Below, one piece after another: positions 26,365 to 41,016 of a DNA stretch of 64,000 nucleotides. Source of the stretch: Octopus vulgaris (taxonomy: Eukaryota); assembly GCA_951406725.2 (NCBI GenBank), contig OX597828.1, positions 42,222,001 to 42,286,000 of the forward strand, written 5' to 3'. The notes beneath the pieces are model-generated. The model made no database searches, had not been told where the DNA came from, and worked only from the letters and a program-made list of their open reading frames with translations. A program made the position numbers and the translations under genes. The stretch's first letter is position 1; every line of letters starts with the position of its first letter.

Positions 26365-27858
26365 GACATCCTTTGTGTTCTGTTTTTGATTTTATTTGAT
26401 ATATATATATATAGTGTATATATACATATAGTGTATATATACATATAGTGTATATATACATGCATATATAAATATATATACGTGAGTACAGGACACCACA
26501 ACTAGACGTAGAACAGAACGAGAAACGAAAGCGGAAAAGCCATTTTTTTACAACAGAAAAACAGAGACGTGGAACTGGATGAGAAACGAAAACGGGAAAA
26601 ACATTTTTTTACAACAGAAAAACAAAGTACAGGACATACTACACAAGGAAAAATCCCCAATCATCAGCTGTCGCTAGTTAGACTCAAGCGTGTTTCGAAG
26701 GCAAGACAGGACACGACTCTTCAGAACTAGGCCTTCCTGCGAGAGAATTAAAATAAAATTACCTCGCAGAGGGGTAAAACAAGCAAGAAAAAAATGTAAC
26801 ACAAACAGGACGTAACAATAAACTGCACAATAAAATACAAGATAAAAATACATGTACAAGAAAATACAAAACGAGAAATAAAAAGAAAATACAATACGAG
26901 AAATCAAAATAAACAAGAAAACAAACGAGTATATATATATATATACATGAACAAAATATTAACACAACCTTTAGAATAGCGATATAGAAAAGAATAAATG
27001 ATCCCATTTACATTTCTAATAAATATACAAATAAATAAATAAGATTTGGGATGGCGTGTGTTTCGTTAACTCCTAGAAGTACTGCTAGGAATGTGTGGAG
27101 AACATGTTTGTGTATTAGTGGGCTTTTAGTAGGCGGATTTTAAATCTTTGAATTAGTGATTATATATATGTGTGTGTGTATGTGCGTGTGTGTATGTGTG
27201 TATGTGAGTGTGTGTATGTGCGTGTATTTAAATATCTCACCGTTTTGTGTTAAAGTCATTCAATATAATGTTCGCCTGTAACATTTGCATGGAATATCCG
27301 CAAGCGTACATCCGTTTTAATTTTCAAGTAGCAGTCTCTTGTGTAAATGATTAAGGAAAGCAGTCTTCTTCATCACATACAAACACACACACACACACAC
27401 ACACAAACGCACACGTGCACACACAAGCACACACGCACACACGCACGCACACACACACACACATGCATTCATTCGTGCAATAAGTCATTTAAAAACACAC
27501 ACGCAATCAGTTATCATTGGTGAACGTACCTACGCATCCTTCTGATATAATTCATATCAATTAATATAATTTAAGTATATATGTATAATTTAAGTATATA
27601 TGTACACACATACGCACACACTAACGGGTTTATATACATATATATATAATATATATATATATATGCATACATACATATAAATGTAGATGTGAGTATGTGT
27701 GCGTGTATATGAGATTAAGTACAAATGCCTTTGAAAGAAAAAGCATGAAATTTATGCCATATATATAAGTGGGTCTTTGTGACCGAGTACCTATATGTAT
27801 ATACACACATATCTGTAGATATGTATATCGTACATACCTATATACATTTGTGAGTGTG

Positions 27859-27896
<38 letters not shown>

Positions 27897-28145
27897 AACA
27901 TATATGTGTTATATATATATATATAATAATATATATATATATATATAGATGCACTCTGATCTGAGGTGCATACGTATATATAATTATATATGTACGTGAG
28001 TATATATATATATATATATGTATATATATAAGTGCATGTATATGTATATACATATATACACATACAACTTACACATTCATACATACATGCATACATACAT
28101 ACATAAATACATACATATATGCGTGTATAGATATATATATCTATG

Positions 28146-28207
<62 letters not shown>

Positions 28208-28261
28208 ATAAGTACACACATAGCTGAATATATGCGTAAGAATATGTATGCATATATTATA

Positions 28262-28299
<38 letters not shown>

Positions 28300-28835
28300 G
28301 TATATCTATATGTATGTATGTATGTATGTAAGCATCTATGTATGAATGTGTGAGCGTGTGTGTGTATGTGTTCGTGTGTGACTTGTACACATGAATATAT
28401 TGCAGCACGTGTATCGTTGATGTATTCCAGCAGCCATTAGGAAACCTAAACCTGTTTATAATTACAAACATGCAACAACAGCATTTAATTCTAATCCTTA
28501 CTTCAAGTCTCCAATGGGAGACTGTAAAAAGCCCTAATATCTACAAACTTATCCTCTTCTTACACCTTTAACCCTCATCCGGTGAAGCTGCCTCTTCTTT
28601 TTTTTTTACTAATTATTATTGTTGTAGGCTTGTTTGTCTGAGATCACAAGTGTAACAGATTGTTGGTCTTATCCTGCCCATATATAAGCGAATGACATTA
28701 CACATCGCACATACAGGAGCATGGACACAAATGTGTGTGTGTGTGTATGTGTATATATATATGTATGCATGTGTATATATCTATCTATATCTATCTATAT
28801 ATGTATGTGTATATACATATCTATATATATCTATA

Positions 28836-28869
<34 letters not shown>

Positions 28870-28902
28870 AACTACACTTTTTATAAATATATGTACTTGT
28901 AT

Positions 28903-28951
<49 letters not shown>

Positions 28952-29084
28952 ATGTAATAAATGCGAAAAGTACCAGCTATGTGTCAGTGTGTCACACTTC
29001 GACCGCCTCTCTCACTGACACTTCTACTATTGCTCATGCTGAGGTGAGAGTAATAGTATGCATAGAGACGGTGAGGCGGTGGCG

Positions 29085-29158
<74 letters not shown>

Positions 29159-29565
29159 AAGAGTGGGTATGTGAGAGAAAGAGGGACTGAACACTGAACC
29201 AACATACTGAACACAATTCTTTAATACATACATTTAACCTTTTTGTGATGGTAATGGGTGATAGTATTAGTATGAGCTCTAGTTGTGATGCAGGCGGACG
29301 CGGCGGTGATGATGGTCGTGGTTGTAGTAGCCGAGGTGGTCAGGGTTGACGGTGAGAGTAAGTGATGTGAAAGACAGTGGTGATGGTAGTGAAGTCAAAG
29401 GTATTGATGTGCATTGCAGATGTAGTGGCGATGGAGGTGGTAGTGTTGTTTGTCATATAGCTTTGAAATAAGTTGACAAATTATATCATTGTTGGGTCCA
29501 AGGCCTAATGAAGAACCCTTCACAGGAGCTAGCTTAAAAGCCGCCTGACAGGGCGGCTATTCAGC

Positions 29566-29612
<47 letters not shown>

Positions 29613-29675
29613 CGTTAAATGTATATATATTTCATATACTTATATATATTACATTATATTATATGATCTCTGTAA

Positions 29676-30103
29676 GGCGGCGGTCTGACAGAAACGGTAG
29701 CACGCCGGGCGAAATGCTTAGCAGTATTTCGTCTGCTATTACGTTCTGAGTTCAAATTCCGCCGAGGACGACTTTGCCTTTCATCCTTTCGGGGTCGATA
29801 AATTAAGTACCAGTTACGCACTGGGGTCAATGTAATCGACTTAATCCCTTTGTCTGTTTGTCTGTCCTTGTTTGTCCCTTCTATGTTTAGCCCCTGTGGG
29901 CAATAAAGAAATAAGAAACGTTAGCACGCCGCGTAAAATGCTTACCTGTATTTCATCTGTCTTTACGTTCAAATTCTCCCGAGGTCGACTTTACCTTTCA
30001 TCCTTTCGGGGTTGATAAATTAAGTACCAGCTGCGTACTGGGGTCGATCTAATCGACTGGCTCCCTCCCAAAAAATTTCGGGCCTTGTGCCTGGAGTAGA
30101 AAA
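29676..30103 (+). mobile_element. Dimeric SINE family B
   Basis: Second unit restarts at GAAACGTTAGCACGCC (~29915) with a different tail. Confidence 0.85.
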
Positions 30104-30400
30104 GTATATTATATATACATATGTTTCAGTCATTTGATTCGGGCCATGCTGAGGCTCCACTTCGGGGCGTTTTAATCGAGTATACCGACCCCAGGATATT
30201 GATTAGGCCTAGTACTTATTCTATCAGTTTTTGGGTCGAGCTGCCAAGTTACGGGGACGTATATTGATGACTTAAACACACCAATATTCGACGGGATTCT
30301 TTCAGTTTCCATCTACCAAATCCACTCACAAGGCTTTTGACAGTTCCAGTTTCAGTCTAGCTGCGTTTCTTTGACACACAAAACAAAAAACAAGAAATTA

Positions 30401-30495
<95 letters not shown>

Positions 30496-30499
30496 TTAT

Positions 30500-31043
30500 G
30501 AAAGGGATAACCACTATGCGGACACCCTTATGCTAGAAGTAGATCCGCTATGGTCTTAACACTAAGAAATGTTCTCAAGAAAAATTTAGCAAACAACTAA
30601 AACGTAATCGAGCAAGACAAAAGAAATGTAATAAAAATATGAATTATTCACATACATGTTTTACTATTACCATATTACGTAATTTTACTTACGTAAAATG
30701 ACCGTAGATCTTCGATATGGCAGCCCAAATGAATATAATTTGCAGAACTATATACTAGGACGTCCGCACAAAGTCAGATTTGTAAACAGTTCTACTCATT
30801 ACACTCGTGGTTACTATTCAAATGTCCTCGTTTTGGTGCGCTAAATTACCGGAAAGAAATGATACTGCAGAAAATAATTTACTGCAGTAGCCTTCGCCGG
30901 TTAGAGAACGTATTAATTTAAATTTAAATTTAAAATGAGGGTGAGCAATTTTATAGTGGTAGGACCATAGCGGATCTACTTTGATAGTGGTAAGACCATA
31001 GCGGATCTAGCATAATGGTGCCCACATAGTGGTTATCTCTCTC
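30500..31043. mobile_element. MITE / non-autonomous DNA transposon with ~60-bp TIRs
   Basis: GGGATAACCACTATG..TAGATCCGCTATGGTCTT at left. Inverse at right, with a duplicated subterminal GACCATAGCGGATCTA. Confidence 0.75.
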
Positions 31044-31424
31044 ATATGTATATAACACAATTTTACTGAACCTTCAGTTTTTTATATGCTAGGCTACTGG
31101 TGTGAAATTGATGTTAATTCAATTAATATCAAATTTCTCACCCTGATTTAAAATTTATATATATATAAATAGATAAAAAATATTCGATAGTACAAATGCT
31201 AATCATCTCGGATAATTTCGAGCTTAATATTTAATAATCGAATGTATAAAGACCACGTGGTGCCGGTATATCCTGTATTCTTTGCTTTCTGTTTGCCTCT
31301 CCTTTTGTTGTAATTAATTTTGTAGAAATACATTGGAAATCGCATGAAGCCTCAAGACTGATTTAAATGTGTTTTTCTTACACGAATGAAATACTAAAAT
31401 TTCTACTGAAAATTACCGAAATGC

Positions 31425-31488
31425 TAGGTTGCGACAACGTAAACACACCAGCAGCGGTTGTCAAGCGATGCTGGGGGAAGAAACACAG

Positions 31489-31556
<68 letters not shown>

Positions 31557-31715
31557 GATGGGCTTCTTTCCGTTGCCGCCTACTAAATCCACTCACAAGG
31601 CTTTGGTCGGCCCGAGGCATTAGTAGAAGGCACTTACCCAAGGTGGTACGCAGTGGGACTGAACCCGGAACCATGTGGTTGGTAAGCAAGTTACCACACA
31701 GCCACTCCTGCGCCT
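31425..31715 (-). mobile_element. SINE family A
   Basis: Reverse complement of head and core. Confidence 0.85.
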
Positions 31716-31739
31716 ATATATATGTATATCTTTATAATG

Positions 31740-31831
31740 ATATTTAGTAGAAGCAACAGAGTGACTCTGGGGCCGAGAGTTTCGCGCGAAACTCTCAGCC
31801 CTTGTGTTGCTCCGTTGCTTCTTCTAAATAT
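31740..31831. repeat. ~90-bp palindrome with perfect 22-bp centre
   Basis: GAGAGTTTCGCGCGAAACTCTC centre, arms GAAGCAAC/GTTGCTTC. Confidence 0.8.
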
Positions 31832-31896
31832 TAATAAGAAATATAGATATGTGTATACATACATACACACATATATATACGTGTGAGTGTGTGTGT

Positions 31897-31953
<57 letters not shown>

Positions 31954-32097
31954 TGTGTATTACTATGTGCCTTATATTTAGGAAAGACAGTTTCTGAAAG
32001 TAGGGACAGGGACACACACAGAAACAAGAATTGAGCAAACAGACGATATGACATTTTGCTTAAAGGCACTTGATAAACGACGAATTAAAATATTTAA

Positions 32098-32169
<72 letters not shown>

Positions 32170-32782
32170 GTGTGTGAGTGTATGTGAGTGTATATATTTA
32201 TATGTATATATACATACACACACAGAGACACATATGTAATACATATGTTCGTATGTTTATGTATATATTAGATGGAGCTAAATAAATTATATATACATAT
32301 ATATATATATCAAAATAAGATACATAAATGAAGACATCGAAATCCTTTATGGGATGTGGTACATTTCAATTAATAAATCACGGAAGTACGTGAACGGTGG
32401 GAAAGATAAGTGAAGATGGTGGCTGCTGGGTAATGTCGACTGTGTAACTCTTCTGTTTCCTAGGTAGATTCTTTATATATTACTTGGCGCTGTAATCTTC
32501 AAAAAACATATGTGTTAGGAAAGACTCCGTTAGATTTATGTAGGGAAGAAGCATAGGGAGAGGTGCCGAAGGAGGTCAGAGTAATTAAGGCAAGTTATAA
32601 GATACTTACTGTACAAGGGACTTATTGTATGAGATATGCAGATAAAAATAATATATTTTTTTTGTAAATGCGATATAAATGTTTTTCATCTATACTATAT
32701 GTACGTATTGCATCTATACATAAATACACACACACAAACAAACAAACACACACACACAAACACAACACACACACACACACAC

Positions 32783-32840
<58 letters not shown>

Positions 32841-33390
32841 CTACAATCATACGTACACACGCAGTTTTATCAAATTTCCTGCTGCTTTTGCAAAATGAGG
32901 AAATGAATAGAAGAATTTTTCAAAATAAAAATATTTATTACCTTAGAACGTAATCAAATAAAATAATATTCAATAAGTAAAGCAAAAATAAATAAATAAA
33001 TAGATAAAGATTGAAAACAAAATTACTCTCTTTGTTTATATTATAGAAGTTAGATTCACGGATTCGGATCTCTCTCTCTCTCTCTTTCTTTCTCTCTTTC
33101 TCTGTACAATATATATATATTTATAAATATGTATGTGTGCATACATACATATATATATATATTTATACTCCGTCGACTCTTCCTTTGTCTCTGTGATTCT
33201 TTATCACTCATTTTGTGTTATGTAGGGTGCAGTTACTCATTGCCAGCCTCGAAGCCTAGTATGCGCATTCATCCTGCCCCTTTTGTCTTGACCCTCTCAT
33301 TATATCCCTTTTTTGATCGTTCTTCCTCTTTCTCATTATGATGTAAAGAGCGACTAAGGGAATCAACCAAACATCTTTTTTACCGACCAT

Positions 33391-33432
<42 letters not shown>

Positions 33433-33436
33433 CGTA

Positions 33437-33492
<56 letters not shown>

Positions 33493-33707
33493 TGTGTGGA
33501 CGGCAGAGTTCCACACAATCTTCATCTACAAAATTTACTCACAATGCAAAGTCAGCTCGGAGCTGTCGTAGAAATTACTCACCCAAGATGCTCATGGTGA
33601 GCCTGAACCCGAAACCTTGTGGTTGGAATTTAATTTGTAACATGTACTATGCACATATAATACATTTATATCATTTGCTATATATATATATATATATATA
33701 TATATAG

Positions 33708-33743
<36 letters not shown>

Positions 33744-33894
33744 GAGAGAGGAGAGAGAGAGAGAGAGAGAGAGAAAGATAAATAGATAGATAGGTGGGTA
33801 GACTGAGGAGGAGAGAGTGAGGCAAATTTGTTATTGAAAATGCACCTAAATTTGAAAAACTTGTAATTGTTTAAAATAAATTTATTTACATATA

Positions 33895-33936
33895 TACCAA
33901 ACTAGTTTCGACAATATTTCCTGTTTATCAATGATA
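33895..33936 (-). ncRNA. HHR-like fold with UUGAUAA core
   Basis: UAUCA-UUGAUAA-ACA-(8 nt)-UGUC-GAAAC-UA-GUU-UGGUA. Base of stem II is imperfect. Confidence 0.4.
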
Positions 33937-34074
33937 AAAATTTGTTTGTTATGAACATTTAAACTTGTTAACATTAAAACTTTTAAACACGTTTTTTTCT
34001 AAATCATAATCCTAAATTTGTCTATATTTTCTCCTGCGTGGAAATACACCCCTCTTTTGTTTTATACATACATA

Positions 34075-34341
34075 ACAATTGCAGCGTGGAAGGTGTTTAG
34101 AAGCCATTTAAGAAACACACAAAACCGTTAGATCCACTTCAACATTTAAGTTTAATTTGTCAAAATATTTTCGTCGCTTTAATACCGTGACCTGTTCACT
34201 GACAAAACTTCGTGCTGCATCTCAAAGCGGTCTCAGCGCAACGAAAATATTTTGACAAATTAAACCTAAATGTTGAAGTGAATCAAACGATTTTTGTGTG
34301 TTTCTTAAATGGCTTATAAACACCTTCCACGCTGCAATTGT
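34075..34341. mobile_element. Fold-back element with ~110-bp inverted arms
   Basis: ACAATTGCAGCGTGGAAGGTGTTTA... versus ...TAAACACCTTCCACGCTGCAATTGT. Confidence 0.85.
34156..34206 (-). ncRNA. Minimal HHR with swapped G3-C8 core (GUGAACA)
   Basis: UUUGUCA-GUGAACA-G-GUCAC-(9 nt)-GCGAC-GAA-AAUAUU-U-UGACAAA. Stem I 7 bp, palindromic stem III. Confidence 0.6.
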
Positions 34342-34397
34342 TTTCGTTCCAGCACACGATCTCAGATCAAGCCACTCCCTATGCAAGTACATCTCCG

Positions 34398-34444
<47 letters not shown>

Positions 34445-34446
<2 letters not shown>

Positions 34447-34740
34447 ATAAATATTAGGGAATAAATCCAAACTTATAGGGAAAAATCAGATTTAGGATTG
34501 AATCCAATTTTATAGTAAAATATTATATTATATTAAATTAGAGATAAAACCACTATTAGGCAAATCAAACAATGAAAAACTTAAGCCAATACATAAAATT
34601 AATTAATTTATATTATTTTAAATATATATCAAAAGTATTAAAAGTTTAATAAAAGATAATGAGTAAAACACCACGATCGTTTCATGGCTGTCCAATTCGT
34701 AATAATTCGAGTTATGGTTACAGTCAATCTTCAGGTAATT
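34445..34740 (-). mobile_element. PLE terminal-repeat fragment with decayed HHR (~34669-34737)
   Basis: CUGAAGA...GAAAC-GAUC-GUG (G at the cleavage site). Homologous to 59034-59218. Confidence 0.65.
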
Positions 34741-34829
34741 GAAATATTTATACCATATCATGTACTATATAAATGGTACAAAGATGATTGATCATAGACC
34801 ATCAGGACCGTTGCTTTAAAAAGAAAATT

Positions 34830-35140
34830 ACGATACGCATCAATTGAACATTTAATATCCTTCGATGCAGACCTCTTCTAAAGCGGTACGCTGTATTCAG
34901 CATCGTTTCCATTGGTGGAAGCATTCCTGGAACTCCTCGTTTGGACTAGCACGTAGCTTCCGCGTCACATTGTCTTGGAGTTCTTAGACCTCTTGAAATC
35001 ATGTTGAGATCTTCCGTTGCGATGGTTTGGTCATAGTCATAGGGCTACGATTCGCCTCCCCGTTATGACTTTTCCAAAAAATTTCGTCTTCCTCGACACT
35101 ATTAAAGAGATCCTGAGCGTAGCTGAAATCCGATCTTCTT
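34830..35140 (-). mobile_element. Internally deleted mariner transposase remnant
   Basis: Minus strand QDLFNSVEEDEIFW/KVITGE and C-terminal EEFQECFHQWKRC*...EGY*. Confidence 0.6.
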
Positions 35141-35345
35141 TTTGAGACGACCACACTCTACACACTTTACTTCCAAGCGTTGCTATAAACAAGGGAGGTG
35201 AGCGAGAACATTATAATATAGTGCACGTATGCGACTAAGTTCAAGATCAATTTGCGTACTTAAGCTCCGTGCGTACTTTAACTCCGTTACCATAGCCACA
35301 GTCTCAATACATTTTGATCAGATCTCGTATATAATGTAACATATA

Positions 35346-35562
35346 CTCTTTACTCTTTTACTTGTTTCAGTCATTTGACTGCGGCCATGCTGGAGCACCG
35401 CCTTTAGTCGAGCAACTCGACCCCGAGACTTATTCTTTTGTAAGCTCAGTACTTATTCTATCGGTCTCTTTTGCCGAACCGCTAAGTGATGGGGGACATA
35501 AACACACCAGCATCGGTTGTCAAGCAATGTTAGGGGGACAAACAGACACACAAACACACACA

Positions 35563-35606
<44 letters not shown>

Positions 35607-35771
35607 TACGATGGGCTTCTTTCAGTTTCCGTCTACCAAATCCACTCACGAGGCTTTGGTCGACCCGAGGCTATAGTAGAAGACACTTGCCCAAGGTGCC
35701 ATGCAGTGGGACCGAACCCGGAACCATGTGGTTGGTAAACAAGCTACTTACCACACAGCCACTCCTACGCC
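35346..35771 (-). mobile_element. SINE family A, full length
   Basis: Family match. Confidence 0.9.
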
Positions 35772-36221
35772 TATACATATAGTTTATTCATATAATTTAG
35801 TATATATGTTGTATGTGATATATTTAGTAAGGCAGTGTTCTGGGAGAGTTGTTCGAGTTTCATCTGTTCAGATTTTTCTCTTTTTTGTCCCTCTCGGCTG
35901 ATTTCAAATTTCGCCGTAGTCAGCTCGGCATATTATCCTTTCGGAGCCACGAAAAAAAAAACACCAGTCCAAAGTGGAGGAAGAAACTGAACATTTCCAG
36001 TTCTTTCCGTTCTAACACCAGCGTTGTATTACGGATAACATACGTGGTGTTCCAGAGAAATATATGCATATACGGAAAACTACTAGATTTCCACAAAAAT
36101 ATATAACTAAATGAATATAATTTTGCCTAGGCCTGTACTATAGGTGGGGGGGGACTTATCAGGAGCAGATACTCAGAGTAACACTTAAAGGAGAGGAAAG
36201 CCAATAAATATATCTAGAAAA

Positions 36222-36460
36222 AGGCGGCGAGCTGGCAGAAACTTTAGCACGCCGGGCGAAATGCGTAGCCATGTTTCGTCTGCCGTTACGTTCTGAGTTC
36301 AAATTCCGCCGAGGTCGACTTTGCCTTTCATCCTTTCGGGGTCGATAAATTAAGTACCAGTTACGCACTGGAGTCGATGTAATCGATTTAATACCTTTGT
36401 TTGTCCTTGTTTGTCCCCTCTATGGTTAGCCCCTTGTGGGTAATAAATAAATAAATAAAT
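36222..36460 (+). mobile_element. SINE family B
   Basis: Family match, TSD ATCTAGAAAA, (AAAT)n tail. Confidence 0.9.
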
Positions 36461-36912
36461 AAATCTAGAAAAGGAAAAGAAATCTCAGGCCTCTTCAAGA
36501 GGCGTTTTAACTAAGCAGAAGCCTTATGAAGATCGTGAGCGAAATAAATAAAATGAAATCATAGGCCAGACCAATGAGTCAACTAGAAGAGACGAGTTCA
36601 AATTCTGACTTTGGAAGTATGACATTTACTTTTTTAATTTGTAATTTTTAAAATTTTTTTATTTTTATCTACATGTAGTTAAATGTAAGAAAATAGAAAA
36701 AAAAAATGATTGAAAAAGAAACCTAAACGTCACAGATTAGTCATCCAAAAGGAAAATAAATGAGACCTCGGGGTGATTATACATGCATATACTATCTATA
36801 TAATTATAGAAATGTATATACAATATACATAACTTTTAGTATAGAGGCACCCTTGTTCGTTGGCACAGTTGTATATTTAATACGAACTGATATATGCACA
36901 TACACACGTGTA

Positions 36913-37046
<134 letters not shown>

Positions 37047-37148
37047 GTATATGTATATATATGTATATATATATATATAAATATATATGTATAAATATGT
37101 GTGTGCATGTATGTGTATATGTATGAGTGTGCGTGAGTGAGTGAGAGA

Positions 37149-37231
<83 letters not shown>

Positions 37232-37459
37232 ATAAATAACCAAGGAAACACAACACCAACTTTGATGTTACTATCTCATGGAATGGACAAACAGTCAACT
37301 GGAAATCTTATAAATAATGCTATACATACGTACACACACGCACACACACACACACCATTCACACACACGCACATACTCATACACATACACACACACTCAT
37401 ACACATACATATATATACATATATACATACACATAAGTGTGTATATATATATATCTATG

Positions 37460-37512
<53 letters not shown>

Positions 37513-37565
37513 GTATATATATATGAAGGTATATATATATACATACATACATACATACATATATA

Positions 37566-37609
<44 letters not shown>

Positions 37610-37856
37610 CATATATATATACATATGCATAATATATACATGACAGTGTCTGTGCACACAATGCGAGAACAAATGCATGCGTATATATTTGCTCATTTTA
37701 GTGTATATATATATTTTAGTGTATATATATATATATACATGTGTGTGTAATACATACATAAATATATACATGCGAGTGTGTTTGTATATATATATATATA
37801 TATATTTACACACCCATGTATAACACACGCAGAAACGAACACACGGATACACACAC

Positions 37857-37926
<70 letters not shown>

Positions 37927-38417
37927 GCTTATATTTATTTTCATGTGTTATTTGCAAGTATATGTACATTTACAAAGTAGTCTGTGGAACGTGAAATTAT
38001 TAGGAATGCATAATATTCCATCTTTGAAGACAAACAAAAAAAGAGATAAAGAAATGAAAACATATTCTCTACATTAATATCAGTAAAATATGGACAATGG
38101 CCGTCAAGTAGACGCCATCTTGTCTTTCCTTTGCCTGTTTCTGTCCTGCAGTAATTAGAATGTGAACTGTACAAGAGATGTCATCACACGTGACCCAATC
38201 ACCAGACACGAATCTCCCAAGCTATTTCATTTTCACTAAAAACAGACGACATTGTATGATGGCCTTCCAATCAGCTTCATTGTTTGATCCGTAATTATGT
38301 ATGTATGTATGTATGTATGTATGTATGTATGTATGTATGTATGTATGTATGTATGTATGTATGAATGACTGAATGAATGCTTATACGTATATATGTTTGT
38401 ATAAATGAATGAATACA

Positions 38418-38476
<59 letters not shown>

Positions 38477-38526
38477 TTTAACTTTCTCTCTCTTTCTCTC
38501 GCTCCCCCTGCCGCTCCCTCTCTCTC

Positions 38527-38569
<43 letters not shown>

Positions 38570-38593
38570 GTGTGTATGTATTTATGTATGTAT

Positions 38594-38689
<96 letters not shown>

Positions 38690-39669
38690 TTATATATAAG
38701 GCATAGAGAGGAAGGAATGAAAAAGTTGGAGAAAGAGAAAAGAAGAATTAAACGAAAGTTTAAAAAACAAATGACAGAAGAATAAAAACAGATTGAGAGA
38801 AGCCAATTGTGTTTGTTTTTTTCTTACATTTTTCCTGTTTGTTTCGCATTTATTTATTTATTACAATAGATAACTGTTTGTCTGGATCGAAATAACAGTG
38901 CAATCAAGTAAGATGCATTCTTCATACATGACTGATTCTAGAAATGCTCTTCGACCATGACCAACCCAAGCCACAAGTCACAAGCCACCATCGCCACACC
39001 ACACTACAATTCTATCCCACAACCGCCACCATAACCACAACACTCACTTCCGACTATGATTACATTAATCCTACTTCCTCAACAGCCATGATATGTACAG
39101 CGTAAAAGTATCACGTAACTCTGCTGCTAAAAGAAACAGCTTCTTTTTACCACAGGCAGAAGGCTTGACTTTCTATCTTTCTTTCTTTCGTTCTCTTTTC
39201 TTATAATTTTTTTTTTTTTTTTTGTGAGAGTGAAATGGAAGAAGGGAAATGTGAATTACATCCACCCCAGAACTCAACTGGTATCTATTTTATTGACTCC
39301 GAAACGATGAAAAGCAAAGCTGACATCGGCGGAATTTTAACTCGGAACGTAAAGCCTGAATGACGGTACTATACATGGACAAGTAGAGCACCTCAACATA
39401 GCTAATGGGCAAGACGCTACACAATCAGCGAACGGATTGCTACAGCCCCTATAAAGGCAATGAACGAATCCCTGTACAGCGTATGAAGGTGCATTTCAAT
39501 GAATTATAAGTGGGTGGGATTAATTGAAAATAAATCAAAGGGAGTCTCCACTCAATTCTACGACAAGGTTACAGGAACGAACCGAGTTCAAAATCTGGCC
39601 TCTTTAAAAACCAAAAATAAACGCATGTTTATAATCCAACAAATGGAATCTTACAGGAGCTAACGTAAA

Positions 39670-40925
39670 TAGGGTGTCCCAAAATTAAGGCAACCAACTC
39701 TTTTCCTGTTTGGCTAAGCAAAATATTCCTATATTTCGAGTCCAAGGGCTGCAAGGAAATGGTAAAAGAAATATAGTTATTATGACATTGCCATATTTAT
39801 TCGATATGACCACATCTGTTTCGAATCACAGCCTTAAGTCTTGGTGTGAATGTTTCACACGCGGCACGCAGCTATTCTTGCGGAATCGAAGCCCATTCTT
39901 GGCGTGGTTTTGCCTTCAGAGCATCGAGCGAAGTATGAAGAGAACTCGAGACCCTCGTCTCCAAAATGGACGAAATAGACAAATTCAAAGGGTTGAGATC
40001 GGGGCATCTTGAGGGCCATACATCCTTGCCTATGAACGACGGAACGTTTTTCTGAATCCAGTGCTGGAAGTTCAAGGTGCGCCTTGAAAGTACATATTTG
40101 CCCATAGAAGCAGTACAGTTTCTAGAATGTGGCTAATGTATCGCTGGGTATTAGTTTTAACACCCGATGTCTCAAAAACGAATGGAGACCTTCCAGTGGC
40201 TGTCACAGCCGCGCAAACAATAACTAAATGTGGATTTTGACATCGATTTACAAGTCTACACTCGTCGGAGCAAGATACACTTCAAAGTCAATCATTCTGG
40301 TGGTTAAACTGCCTGTTGAATCTCAAATTATTTTCATCAGTGAACACCAGGCTGGGCAGCGTGCCTTCAGCAATCTGATGCAGGATAAGCCGACTCCTCT
40401 CCAGTCTCATGGCCTTATAGACTTGCACGAGCTCCTGACGGCGGATCTTCATGTAGGAGTGAGTCTTGAGATTCTCCTTCAGAACTCGATACATCGACGC
40501 TCAGCTTATTTTTGCTGTGGCAGCCAGTTTCCTGGCGGAACGACTAGGATTTCGCTGTATCTTTCCTCATGTAATTTTGATAAGCAGAAGGGTTCGTACA
40601 CTTCTTTTCGGTCACGTCCAGATCGGACAGCGGTGGAGCAAGTCTCTTGAAATTTCTTCACAATTTTCCAAACTGCTATTCGGTCAATTTTAAGGGGGAT
40701 TTTTTTTGCCTATAGCTGTATTAATTTCGCTTCCTTTTGTGGAGGGTTATGATTGTATTTCGGTCTATAGCCATTATCTAATTTATAAATCTGAATTTAT
40801 TTAGACTTAAGCAAAAGAAAAACATACTAAGCTTTTATAATGAAGTATAATTTTCATATTTTGTCACATTTACTGATACTTATTAAAGCCCAAATCTTCG
40901 GTTGCCTTTATTTCGGGACACTCTA
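39670..40925 (-). mobile_element. Full-length decayed Tc1/mariner-superfamily transposon (maT/DD37D-like)
   Basis: 26-bp TIRs TAGGGTGTCCCAAAATTAAGGCAACC / GGTTGCCTTTATTTCGGGACACTCTA (23/26 match). Broken transposase with LVFTDE and WPSRCPDLNPL motifs. Confidence 0.9.
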
Positions 40926-40953
40926 TACATACATACATACATACATACATACA

Positions 40954-41016
<63 letters not shown>

